This document shows positions 12,249-23,015 of a DNA stretch of 64,000 nt, piece by piece. A model generated the notes under the pieces. It searched no databases. It saw nothing but the letters and a program-made list of their open reading frames with translations, and was not told the origin of the DNA. The position numbers and the translations under genes were made by a program. Numbering within the stretch: position 1 is the first letter of the stretch; each line of letters starts with the position of its first letter. The DNA is from Spizellomyces punctatus DAOM BR117 (Eukaryota), in assembly GCA_000182565.2 (NCBI GenBank), contig KQ257467.1; one strand, written 5' to 3'.

Positions 12249-13226
12249 TCACCGTTTCTTTTCTTTTTTGCACGATGGCTGAATGATCTCATCTCAGGAC
12301 GGGAAGGAAATGGAGCATTTATCATGAACAAGGACTCTTGTCTGGAACCAGGACCAGACTGAAAGCCATGGAAATGACATTTTGTGTTCAGCTACCTAGG
12401 CCAGGGCGTTGTTTTGCGAACTCACGCTCGATGGTCCTTTTCATTTGACCCTTTTAGCAATTCCACGTATAATCTCATTCCGCATCTTGGCACTTTTATC
12501 CTATAGAGATTGGATTCACAAAGGTAAAATCTTTTTTGTTGCTTGTCCACCCGTCATGCTTTTGAATCCAGCTTGCTAAGCTGAACGGTGCATGAGAAAG
12601 AGACCCATCTATAACAAGCGCGTTCATACTCTAAAAACCAACACGAGTTGTTGTTTGACCATCGATCACACTTGTCCCCATACAGTGCTCGAAATGCTTC
12701 TGCTGATCAAGCAGAATCGACATATGCCCATAATACCAACCCCGAACATGAGTACACACACATTCTGGACTATTTGCCCTCCCCTCCGGTCGATCATTCC
12801 AAAATAAACAGCTCTCATCATTCAACCAACATCCAACATCTAAAAATAAATACATCCTTTTAAACCACAAGCTTATTTTTAGTGAATTGAAATGCCCTTC
12901 CAAGCCTCCCACCAGAAACAAAAGTTTAGTGTGACATAAGCCCTATGCGCCACAAATGATGTAGTACCAAATTACAAATATATCCATAAATAGTAAATGA
13001 CTAAAGTGTGATATTTTTGAAGTGTTCAATGTTTATTGTTTATTTTGTTTATTTTGGGTTGATTTTCTGGGGCGTTACTTTGAGCGACGATGAATGACCT
13101 TTTTTTTTTTGCTTTTGTTTCCAATCCCCCAGAAGACAAGGGTGTGTTCTCGTGTGTGATGTGTGTGCTCCATTGGAGAGAGAGCAGAGTAAAGATAGAC
13201 TTGATATTTTCCATTCAGAGGACCGT

Positions 13227-13302
13227 CACCAGCGAGAGACAAAACCAAGTAGGGGAAATCAAGCCAGCAACCGTTTTTTTAATTCCACCAGCGAGAGACA
13301 AA
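13227..13302 (+). repeat. 17-bp exact direct repeat CACCAGCGAGAGACAAA (two copies, 59 bp apart)
   Basis: Copies at 13227-13243 and 13286-13302, upstream of the PH-domain gene. Confidence 0.8.
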
Positions 13303-13555
13303 GGAAGCTCCTTTTGTTAAAACAACCTGCTTTTTTTTTGGAGTTGATTTGAACAAACACACCATTAGACAACAAAACCCAAGCACACAAAACTTGTTCG
13401 CCACACGTTCGGCTTTCTTGGACCACAACCCGAAATCCGTTGACCAGACTGATATCGTTGCTTACTTCTTCGTCTTCGTTTCTGTCGCTCTCCTTCTCTC
13501 TCTGTTTTTTGTTATTTTTTTTGTAAAGAAAAAAGGGAAGGACAATTGTAATTGA

Positions 13556-15412
13556 ATGGGAAGAACTCTCGAATGGACATCGCGCACGACAATGACAAAC
13601 TCAACACACAGTGTGAACATGCTGCAGCATGAAGCCTTGAGTGATAAACCGGGGGACGAGACTGGCTCGACAGAACCCGAAACGGGACTCGTTGTTCCCA
13701 AGGGCAACATGCGTCGTGAAGTGTCTTGTTATTCGCTCCTTTCTGCCTATCAAGCTGGCTCGAGTGGTGGAGAGGAGGAAGAAGACGAAAAGGACGCAGT
13801 GCTACCGCTTACTGAATACCCTCCTCCTCGCCTGCTTCGCACGGTGAAAAACACAAACGGTTCGCGCGCTCACTTGCAAAGTCTCTATGCGACACTGGAG
13901 GAAGTCATGGCCGTCAAGGCCCGTCTCAATCGAACGAGCACAATGGCATGGTCGGCGGACGACATTACCTCGCGGTCCAGCAGCACAGGCATGGCATCCA
14001 ACTCATCCGGTAGCACCTTGTTTGAGGATGGGGAGCATCCCGCAGTGCCGGCCAGTATGGACACCCTGTGGTCGGACGACACAAACGAAAAGAAATTAAT
14101 AAGCATATTAAACGATGAACGTTCCATCGGTTGGTCTCCTGCCGTGCACCCTCGGTTGGGACCTTTACCCAAGCCGCCTCCGCGTTCACCACTCCCCGTA
14201 TCACCCACCTCATCTCTTCCCACTCCGCCTCACAGTCCACTCTCCCGCAATCTATCGCCACCACCTCCACCTCCGGTTAGCCCTCCCACCGATTCCGACC
14301 AGGAAAACTTGGTTTTTGACTCGCGTCCAAACGTTGCAAACACAAAGGCCTTGAAAACTCTTGGAATACTCTCGTCAAAGGAAGCTGACGCGGCCAACGG
14401 AGCAGTGCAAGGCAACTCCAAGGCATTCAAAATGCTGGGCATTTCTGCTGATGATGCCATGAGCACTGCTGGTAGCCAGAGCGGCCCAAGTTCCCCTACT
14501 GGCTTTAGAGCACTTGCTCTTCGTCTGTCAAAGAACGAGGCACAAAAAGCGAGACGGGCCATATCGACGGGAACTCTCCAGTCACCCAGTGAACCAAATG
14601 CTCTTCCCGCTCTCCATACCATCACCCGTCTCTTTAGTGGCCCTTTACACAAACTCTACCCTGCGGCAGTGTTCCGACCATGGAAACGACGCCATGGTGT
14701 TTTGGCACCGGGACGGATTTACATTTTCAAATCGGACTCGATGCACGAGCGGGCGGTAGATTGTTTGCCTGTGCAGGTGGATACGGAGGTGACGACGGGA
14801 CTGGGGGGCGAGATGGACAAAAAGGGCGGATTCACCGTGCGAACTGGGTCTCGCACATGGTTTCTGGCTGTTGATCATGCGGATGTGGAAATTGGATTGG
14901 AAAGGTGGATTAAAGCGATAAAGGATGCGGTATTAAGGGAGAAGTTCAGTGTTGCTACATTACCTCCACCTCCACCCCAGTATGAGGACGTGCTGTCTGA
15001 CGAAGAAGAGCAAGACCTTCCTCAACTACCAGAAATCAGATCCATTGTACCTACCCCCGTACGCATCACATCCATCCCCACATCACCCACGTCCCCATTG
15101 TCTTCAGATTCCCAGCTGTTCCGTAGCGATTCAGGAGTGAGTACCCTGTCATACCACAAGAGACCTCCACCTCATTACCGCGGATCGATGGGTCCACCAC
15201 CACCGATGCCGCTTCCAGAGGTACCACCCGCATTCTACAGACTGTCTGTTCTCTCCTCGACATCTTCACATGCATCGTCTGGATCCCAGTTACCGGAGCA
15301 GATTGATGAAGCTATAAAGACATTGGATCACCTCTTGGAAGATGGAATACAAGCCGCTGGACGGGGTACCTTTGGAAGGGATGGGAAGCGATTGCAAAGT
15401 GTTGTAGGCTAG
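13556..15412 (+). CDS. Proline/serine-rich PH-domain protein (single exon, 618 aa)
   Basis: PH signature FSGPLHKL..RPWKRRHGVLAPGRIYIFKSD...RTWFLAVD...LERWIKAIKDAV flanked by poly-Pro tracts. Confidence 0.8.
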   Translation: MGRTLEWTSRTTMTNSTHSVNMLQHEALSDKPGDETGSTEPETGLVVPKGNMRREVSCYSLLSAYQAGSSGGEEEEDEKDAVLPLTEYPPPRLLRTVKNTNGSRAHLQSLYATLEEVMAVKARLNRTSTMAWSADDITSRSSSTGMASNSSGSTLFEDGEHPAVPASMDTLWSDDTNEKKLISILNDERSIGWSPAVHPRLGPLPKPPPRSPLPVSPTSSLPTPPHSPLSRNLSPPPPPPVSPPTDSDQENLVFDSRPNVANTKALKTLGILSSKEADAANGAVQGNSKAFKMLGISADDAMSTAGSQSGPSSPTGFRALALRLSKNEAQKARRAISTGTLQSPSEPNALPALHTITRLFSGPLHKLYPAAVFRPWKRRHGVLAPGRIYIFKSDSMHERAVDCLPVQVDTEVTTGLGGEMDKKGGFTVRTGSRTWFLAVDHADVEIGLERWIKAIKDAVLREKFSVATLPPPPPQYEDVLSDEEEQDLPQLPEIRSIVPTPVRITSIPTSPTSPLSSDSQLFRSDSGVSTLSYHKRPPPHYRGSMGPPPPMPLPEVPPAFYRLSVLSSTSSHASSGSQLPEQIDEAIKTLDHLLEDGIQAAGRGTFGRDGKRLQSVVG

Positions 15413-15738
15413 CTTGCAAACCGACGGGTTTTGTGCTATTATTCCTCATGAGACGTTTATGGATGTTCTGATGTGAATATGAGACGACGTAACGTATTCT
15501 ATGAAGGTATCTATGGTGGTCAGTCATTCACGGGCGAGATCCTTTTTACGGCGTAGCGCATTGTGCTCTTTATCTAGTCGTTTTTTTGTTGGCATCGTCG
15601 TCAGTCTTTTGTACAATTCTTTTTGATTCTCTTGATATGCGTAGTGTTGTCCTGTTTTTGTTTCTGGTGCTTACTGACAAGAATAGAATATACAAAAAGA
15701 TGCAAATAATGTCACTTTTTATTGATAGTTTCAATTTG

Positions 15739-16470
15739 TTACAAAAGCTTGCTCAAGTACTCTTTCCATTCCTCTACACCCCACGATGACGATACACTAT
15801 TATCAACCAGTCCGTTCACCAATACCGTCGGACTAACGTGAACAGAGTTTTGCCTAGCGATTTTCAAATGAACCTTCAAAACGGGTGTAACAGCGTTCCC
15901 TTCATTGGTCGCCTTGGGCGTCAACAACTTGAACACCTCCTCCTTGTCAACACCGACACCATCCGACACAATCCCCACCAACTTTTCATAAATGTCTTTC
16001 CGACTGAGCTCATACGTCTTGGCGTCATCAAACTGGGTTTGCACGTCAAACAAGAGTTTAGACGCATCCCAGAATTTCTGTGGGGCGAGTGTGTGCACTG
16101 CTATAGCTGTTTCGTGCAGCAAGGTCCCCTGTGGATGCCATGGTTGGACTTGATGGCGGAATGTAAACGATATGGATGGATACTGTGGATGAATATCCTG
16201 CAGGATGCGAGAAAAGATCTTTTTGGAAAAGGGGCACTGTCGACAAAGTATTCATATGAGATGAAAAGTCAGAGAGGAAAGTTGATGGAAAACGACAGTT
16301 ACATACGAGGTAGTCTAGGTAGACTTCAAATTTAGTGGACGCTGAGGGTGAGCCCAACGTGTATCCTATCATCATTTGAATGACCTTGAGTGAGGCTTTA
16401 CGTCTAACCACATGAGTAACTAGACGATAGGCGAATCTTGCAAACCTGTAAAGTACTTTGCGGAAGCCAT
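15739..16470 (-). CDS. DsbA-like thioredoxin-fold protein (monothiol CPFS)
   Basis: Three exons give MASAKYFT-GYTLGSPSASTKFEVYLDYL-CPFSKKIF...QVQPWHPQGTLLHE...ARQNSVHVSPTVLVNG; stop at 15739. Confidence 0.85.
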
Positions 16471-17575
16471 CTTTCTTGGATTTCGATGATTTGTGTATTC
16501 AATAACTGTTGAAAAAAGTACGCACGATCAACGGCGAGCCTTTCAAGACTCGATATCTGTTTCCATTCCAACCGGATTAAAGTGCTCGCCTTTCCATAGC
16601 GATATGGCGCACCGTTGCGGACCCTGGTGTGAAAAGCTCATGGAGAGATGGGTAAACAGTTCACTAAAGGACCCAAGTCATCGTTGGTTGATGCAGGTGA
16701 TTGTTCTGCAGTACTCTCTAGGAAAAATGTCGGCGATGCTCGATTACAAGTACGAATGCCCCAATTATGCCGGTCCTAGCCAACATGTCGCTGCAAACGT
16801 AAACTGTTGATCAAAATTGTATGCATTGTATATGACGAATAATAAAGAGGTGACTGAGAATATTATAGTGTTGAAACTGCCATTTCCAAAGTTTGGGACT
16901 TGGCAGTCACTACATCCTTGGAATTCCTGTAGCGCCAGTGGGATATTAAATGTTATTTCTGGTGCAGGTCAACAGTTATTATTCAAGCCGAGCGCTGCGT
17001 CCCAGGTAGGTCGTTACTGATGGCGATCACCAACATGTATACCCTTTTTTAATACTCGTAGTCGAGACAGTCCTTGTTGAGCTGTGAATCATGTCATGGT
17101 TCCGTCTTTACAGATTCGGAGCCAAAAAGACTCAAGGTTCCGCGCAAAAGCTCTGGCAGTAGGGCAATGCCATGAACCATAGCAGTTTTTTTGGGGGATT
17201 GACCATGGAGGGGTAGCGATCCTTGTTTGCTCTGAATACAAGTAGACCACCCTTTGTTTACTTGTTAGCAAGATGCCACACTACCCTCAAATCCCACAAT
17301 AACAAGCATGAACAAAGGTCTTGCTCTCGTTTTTGCAGTCGAAAGTCTTTTTAAATTTTGGTTGCCGCCGCCTTTACCATTTCCGTCTCATTTTTTGAAA
17401 GTCCTTTTCTTTTTTTTGCCTTTGCCCTCCGATCCCCACCCGGGAGATTCCCCTCCAAAGGCCCTTTTGTCTTTTCTAAAACATTATTTGACTCTTGCCA
17501 AACACAGTCGCTCGTTGTTGGCATTTGACACAACATACCTCATACCACCTACACTACGCGGACCTCTTTTTTTCA

Positions 17576-19778
17576 ATGGCGGATACGATTTTGGATGCCA
17601 GTCCATTCGCTGGAGAGGCAAAATGCGGGACTAGTGGATGCCCAACGGCCTGGGATGTGGAATGGCGATTTGTTGGGTTTGTATTGGTCGTTATGTTTGT
17701 AGGTGCACACAAGACTACTGGACGCGATTAAGTTTGACATGTATTCGCCTTTGACTTTCCAGACTCGTCACACTCCTTGTTGCCTTTGTCGGCTTGGCAC
17801 ACCTTCGCCTTCAATCAAAACTCGCTATTGATGGCGGCAAACGTCGTGGGGTGCCAAAGGAATCGGTGGGTATCGTAGTATTATACGTCAATAGTATCTA
17901 TTTTTAAACATAGACATCCTGACTGACCTTGGAATAACTCCCGTTAGCCTCGGGAAGAACTCGAAAAGCTTCAAGCAAAATGCGCGGACCTCGCCTCCGA
18001 TGTCAGACAAACTATCGTCGAGGAATTCCCTTCCACTACCACTACCTTAAAAAACGGTGTTCCTGACGTGGACAGCGAAGGAATCGAGCAAGTCGAGCTT
18101 GCTGACGTCGGCCAATTAATGACATGCTATAGTCCGTCCTGCAAGGATGGGCAGACATGTTATTCCCCTTCTTGCGTGCGAGGTGCGAACCGGATTGCTC
18201 CAACCGTTGCTAGAGTGGAAAAGCCATATGAAGTGAGGCATCCAAAGCGCGAGAGGAAGATGTCACTGTTCTCCCAGATTTTGTCGCACAAATGTGGAGC
18301 GTTCCCGACAAAGACGGGAATTCCGGTATGTCTTTTAATACGAGTATAGACGACCGTCATGTATGTAGTTTACTCATATTGCTACCATTCGCAGCCTACC
18401 ACTGTCCACAGCGTCTTTTACCTGGAAAAGCTCCCGACAGTAACCCAACTCAAACGCCTTTTGGAAGAACGTATTCTGAGCCGATACCACCGTTTTAGCG
18501 CCATCCCAATTGAAAGTCAGGATGGCACCATTAGTTGGCAGCCGTATGAAACCGTCGACACTGACGCCCACATTATTCGCAAAACCATTTCCTCCGAATC
18601 CGAGATCAAGACTTATGTTGAAAGCCTATTTGGTCGCATGTGGGATGTCAGCAAACCTCTCTGGTTTGTCCACTTGTTGCAAAACGACAATAACGGAAAC
18701 TCGGCCATTGTATTTGAGATACACCATGTGTTGGGTGATGGATTGAGTCAGATGCAGATTTTGGGAGACTTTGTAACGAATGAGAATGGCCAACCGCTCA
18801 CTATGGATGAGAAAAAGTTTAAGAAACTCCAGAGCCGGCGACCCAAACCGTCCCTTTTGAGTCGGGTTTGGACAAGGACGGTGTTGTTTGCAAACACTGG
18901 GAGGGCGTTCGTCAAGGTTTTGGGATTGCCTATCCTGAGAGGAGATTCGGAGACGGCTGTAAAGGTCCGTGTCGGGTGATCCGTGCTTTCGGCATTTTGT
19001 TGGCCATGGCTCATGAGATCTCATCTGTTCGTTTTTGACTGGAACTTTATAGACCGCGGTTTCTCGCTTTGCCAGCAGCAACCGAATCCTCATTACTGTC
19101 CCACCTATTTCCCTCCAATCCATCAAGCTTATCAAAGACAAGCTTCACGTAACAGTCAATGATGTCCTATTGGCAGCCCTCGGTGGAGCAATGAGAATGT
19201 ATCTCCAATATCGCAGCGATCCCAACATCACAGATCCATCCCTCCGATCCCGCGTCCGCCTCCGAGCCTTGATGCCCTACTCTTTCCCTCGCCCTCTAGA
19301 TGACCTCCACAACAAATGGACCATGATCTCTGCCGAGCTTCCGGTCCGTCAACCTGACCCTTTGTCCCGCGTCAAGTTTGCCAAGCAGACCATGGACGCT
19401 ATCAAGAGCTCTCCAGAACCCCTGGTTGCTGTCCAACTCCAGCAACTTGCTTACAAAGCTCTTGGGCATGAACTTAGTGCTCAAACGAATTTGGACCTGT
19501 TTGCCCGCCATACTTGCATATTCACCAATGTCCCTGGGTTCCAGGAACGCATTTATATCTGTGGACAACCTGTGTTGGGCATGCAACCTGTTGTCTCTAA
19601 CGCCTTGTTGCAGGTCAGTGCTGTCAGCTATGACAATTTCATCTGGATGAACTTTGTTGTGGATGGGGAGACTGTGATTCAGCCTGAGCGGTTGGCTCAG
19701 TATATGGTGCGCGAAGTAGAGGAGTTGGCTCGGGCTGCTGGTGTTTCGGCAAAGATTTTGGATACGAAGGACGAATAA
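17576..19778 (+). CDS. Wax ester synthase/diacylglycerol acyltransferase (WS/DGAT) family with predicted N-terminal TM helix
   Basis: Catalytic HHVLGDG (HHxxxDG), SKPLWFVHLL, VTVNDVLLAALGGAMRMYL and C-terminal FTNVPG; 5' exons 17576-17676, 17763-17865 and 17948 onward join in phase. Confidence 0.87.
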
Positions 19779-20547
19779 TCCTGAGATCTTGTGGTTATGA
19801 TATAGATGGTGATCTCTGGTAGACTTGTTTATTGTATTTATTTTGCCATTATATATCCAGATAGCTTACAATCTCCTCCGCAAAACCTGTAGAACATTTC
19901 GTTACAATGAGGATGACGCTCAAAGGCAGTTGCGGTTGCTATAAATTTCGACCATCTTTTATATCTCCTTAATAAGGACTCCAAGCAAGAATTTAAAGGC
20001 TGGCATGGAAAACATTTTCCCAACTGTGTTAGCGGGTGAAGAAGCGTTGTTTGTTCGGGGAGTAAAGAGATGTGGCATCGGCATTATCTGCAATAAAGGT
20101 AATCGCTCCCGCGCAAATACCACTGCATCCTCTTTTTACTTCCTTGTGATTCATGTTATTTCTGGAAGCACGGACGGGTGGTCTGTGTGGCAATACAAAG
20201 GTGAAGTTGGATCATGCTGCCACTTCTGCTCCTTTTTGTTTTTGTCTGACGGTACTGCGCCCACTCACTACACATGACAAACAAAATATCTGCCATAGGA
20301 TACTGTAAAAGAGTCGGAACTGGAAACCTTTTGGAACATACCATGCCATATGTTCCATAGCCTTTGTTGCAATGTACCTTTGTCCAAAGCAATTTAACGT
20401 TGGCTGTCCGTTTTTCCGCACTTAACACATTCCGATCAGTTTACGTAAGCTTGTCACATCATCTGCTCACACGGAGATCCGTCTCCTATTTTTTAATGAC
20501 TTGCAGTCTTGACCTTGTTTGTTATCCCCTTCACGACGACATACAAT

Positions 20548-22083
20548 ATGCCACCTCTCACTTCTGCGACATGGTTCGACTATGACCATTTCTCTCGGAA
20601 TCTCAACATTTGCAGTAACCCAACCCATCCAATCCCATTAAACGACCTCCTATATACCGGCGACCCGATAGCAGACGCTGCCTACACGTCAGTCAAAAGG
20701 AGTGGGCCGCCTTATAGGACTTTTGACGATATTCTTGTCAAACGGGATTCAGGCAATCATGAACTGACAGGGGCCGAGCGTGCTTTTCTACGGGAGGTTG
20801 AACATGTGCCTGAGTGGGTTGATTGGGATAAGGTCAATAGAGGGCGAGACGTTTTTTGGAGGAATATGGGGGCGATTCAAGTTGTTCTATTATACGCAAG
20901 TCTGGCGGGTGAGTTTGTGCTTTTATTCTCTTACTGGTGCGTTATTCTAATCAATGTCCATCCTTTTCTGAACAGGCGGATTCTCCATTCCCCGCGTTAA
21001 CGACGTTCTCATCAGGACAGGATATCTGTCCAACCCTCGCCATATTAATCGTCGGCTACTTGAAACCGGCCAAGTAAGATACCAGTCCCATGAATCTAAC
21101 ATCCTACCATTCAATCCCCATATTCGAACTCTAGATGATAAACGACATTATGCAACATGGCCTCCGACCTGGATCGGACGGATGGAAGTCTGTCTTGCGC
21201 GTTCGGTTCTTACATTGCGCAGTGAGGAGACGACAACTGCCCGAAAAAACAGAAGACACTGTTAATTCCAAAAAGGTCATTCCCATTAATCAAACCGATT
21301 TGGTAAGTTCTGCAGAGCCCGCATACAAATGTGTTTTTTAATCTTAGTAACTATGACCCGCAGATTGGAACCCTCCTCGGTTTCCAATGCTCGGTCATTA
21401 CCGGGTTAACCTACCTATGGATCTACCTCACACCATCTGAACGGGATGACTATACACACCTATGGCGCTACGTGGGATACCTCATCGGCGTAAAGGAAGA
21501 GAATAACCCTTTAGCACACGGATTCGAGGCTACATGTGCTTGTCTTAGAGACTACTTGGAATTATGTAAATACTCCATTCATCATCTCTAAAAGAAAATG
21601 AAATTACTAACCTCGTAACACACCATATGAACAGATTTCGTTCCAGACCACACATCCACCCAACTCTCACAAACCCTTCTCAAAACCGTTTCCTCATCAG
21701 ACGGATCCAAATCAAATCGACCGTCTTATGAATTGAACGTCTCCATCACACGGAGATTTCTTAGCCCGGAACTAGCGGATGCGCTTGAACTGCCCTTGCC
21801 CACCCTGAGATACAGATTGCTGGCACTCTTGTTTTGTTGGGTTGTCTGGGTATTTGGACTATTGGGTTACTTACCTGGTATTGGAGGCCGTGTTATCGAG
21901 GGTCGAAAAAAGAGGATGGTAAGTGTACCCCATTTTCCTTTGGTTCAAGCTCTCACTTGAGCGTACAGGCTTTACTTAAGCGTCCCAATTGTGGTGTTTG
22001 GCTAGGCGAGAATTATGGAGGCGATCAACAGCAAGTCTGGTCAGCCTTCACCTGAACGCGGTGTGGTCTCGAAGGATGAATAG
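20548..22083 (+). CDS. ER-bound oxygenase MpaB / rubber oxygenase Lcp-like heme protein (DUF2236-type)
   Basis: TGDPIADAA, PEWVDWDKVNRGRDVF, RRLLETGQ, VLRVRFLHCAVR, IPINQTDL and YTHLWRYVGYLIGV across several GT-AG introns; last exon choice (stop 22083 versus 22055) uncertain. Confidence 0.85.
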
Positions 22084-22407
22084 CTTTGAGTGGACTTGTT
22101 GTGGACTGTTTTTGAGTCATATTTTGACGACGGCAATGAGTTCTATAGGAGTAGCCGATTCATGCATAGTATCTGTAGTTATGAACTATTCGTTTCTCTG
22201 TTTTCTAATTAGGTAGTTATAATGAGGACATTTTGTGTTTATATGACCATGCAATTCTCTTTTGATGGTCGCAAATGCTTCAGTGCAGCGTGCTGACCGC
22301 TAGCAAAAGAACCATTGGTCTTCTTCAAGGTAAAGTCTCTTCGTTTCTATAAGCAGAAAATGTTACAAGCCGGATATAAAAAAGCTGTCCACACACGAGC
22401 CCGGTAC

Positions 22408-22481
22408 TGGTCTCGTCCAGGTTCGAACTGGAGACCTTCAGTGTGTTAGACTGATGTGATAACCAACTACACCACGAGACC
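22408..22481 (-). tRNA. tRNA-Val (anticodon AAC), identical to 12175-12248
   Basis: Exact reverse complement of the first copy, with a downstream T-run on the minus strand. Confidence 0.96.
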
Positions 22482-23015
22482 TTATTAGACATTGAAGCCC
22501 AAGGACATTCATATCATTATATAAACTCGTAGCACTTAAAGAAAACAGTTGAGCAGAACGACATTAATAGTTTATTCATTTATCATGTTGAATGTAAAGC
22601 GGGCTGTCTTTTTGGCAGCGGCGAATACGGGTGCTTTTAAAGTGTAAACCCAAGCAATTCCAACCTTCATATGCATAGCTTGAGTGAAAACTGAAGGGCA
22701 AGCGGACACCTTCTTCTCATCGTACGCAACCGATACCAGCGACAAGAAGATCGATTCGACATGTCAGTTGGGACTGGTAACAGATCATCAAGGGTCGCTA
22801 AATTGCCTACCCTTTTGCCCTTCTCTTTGAAGCCATAATCAGGTATAAAACACTGTTGGCAAAAGACCCCAAGCAACGCTCCACAAACTCAAAATCTCAA
22901 AAATCATACTCTTATTTTTAAAAAATGTCGGGTATAGGTAACCAAAAAAAAAGAAAAAAAAAATCTTGTGTGCGATTAACTACGTCGCACTACTGACAAA
23001 ATAAACTTCTCTATC

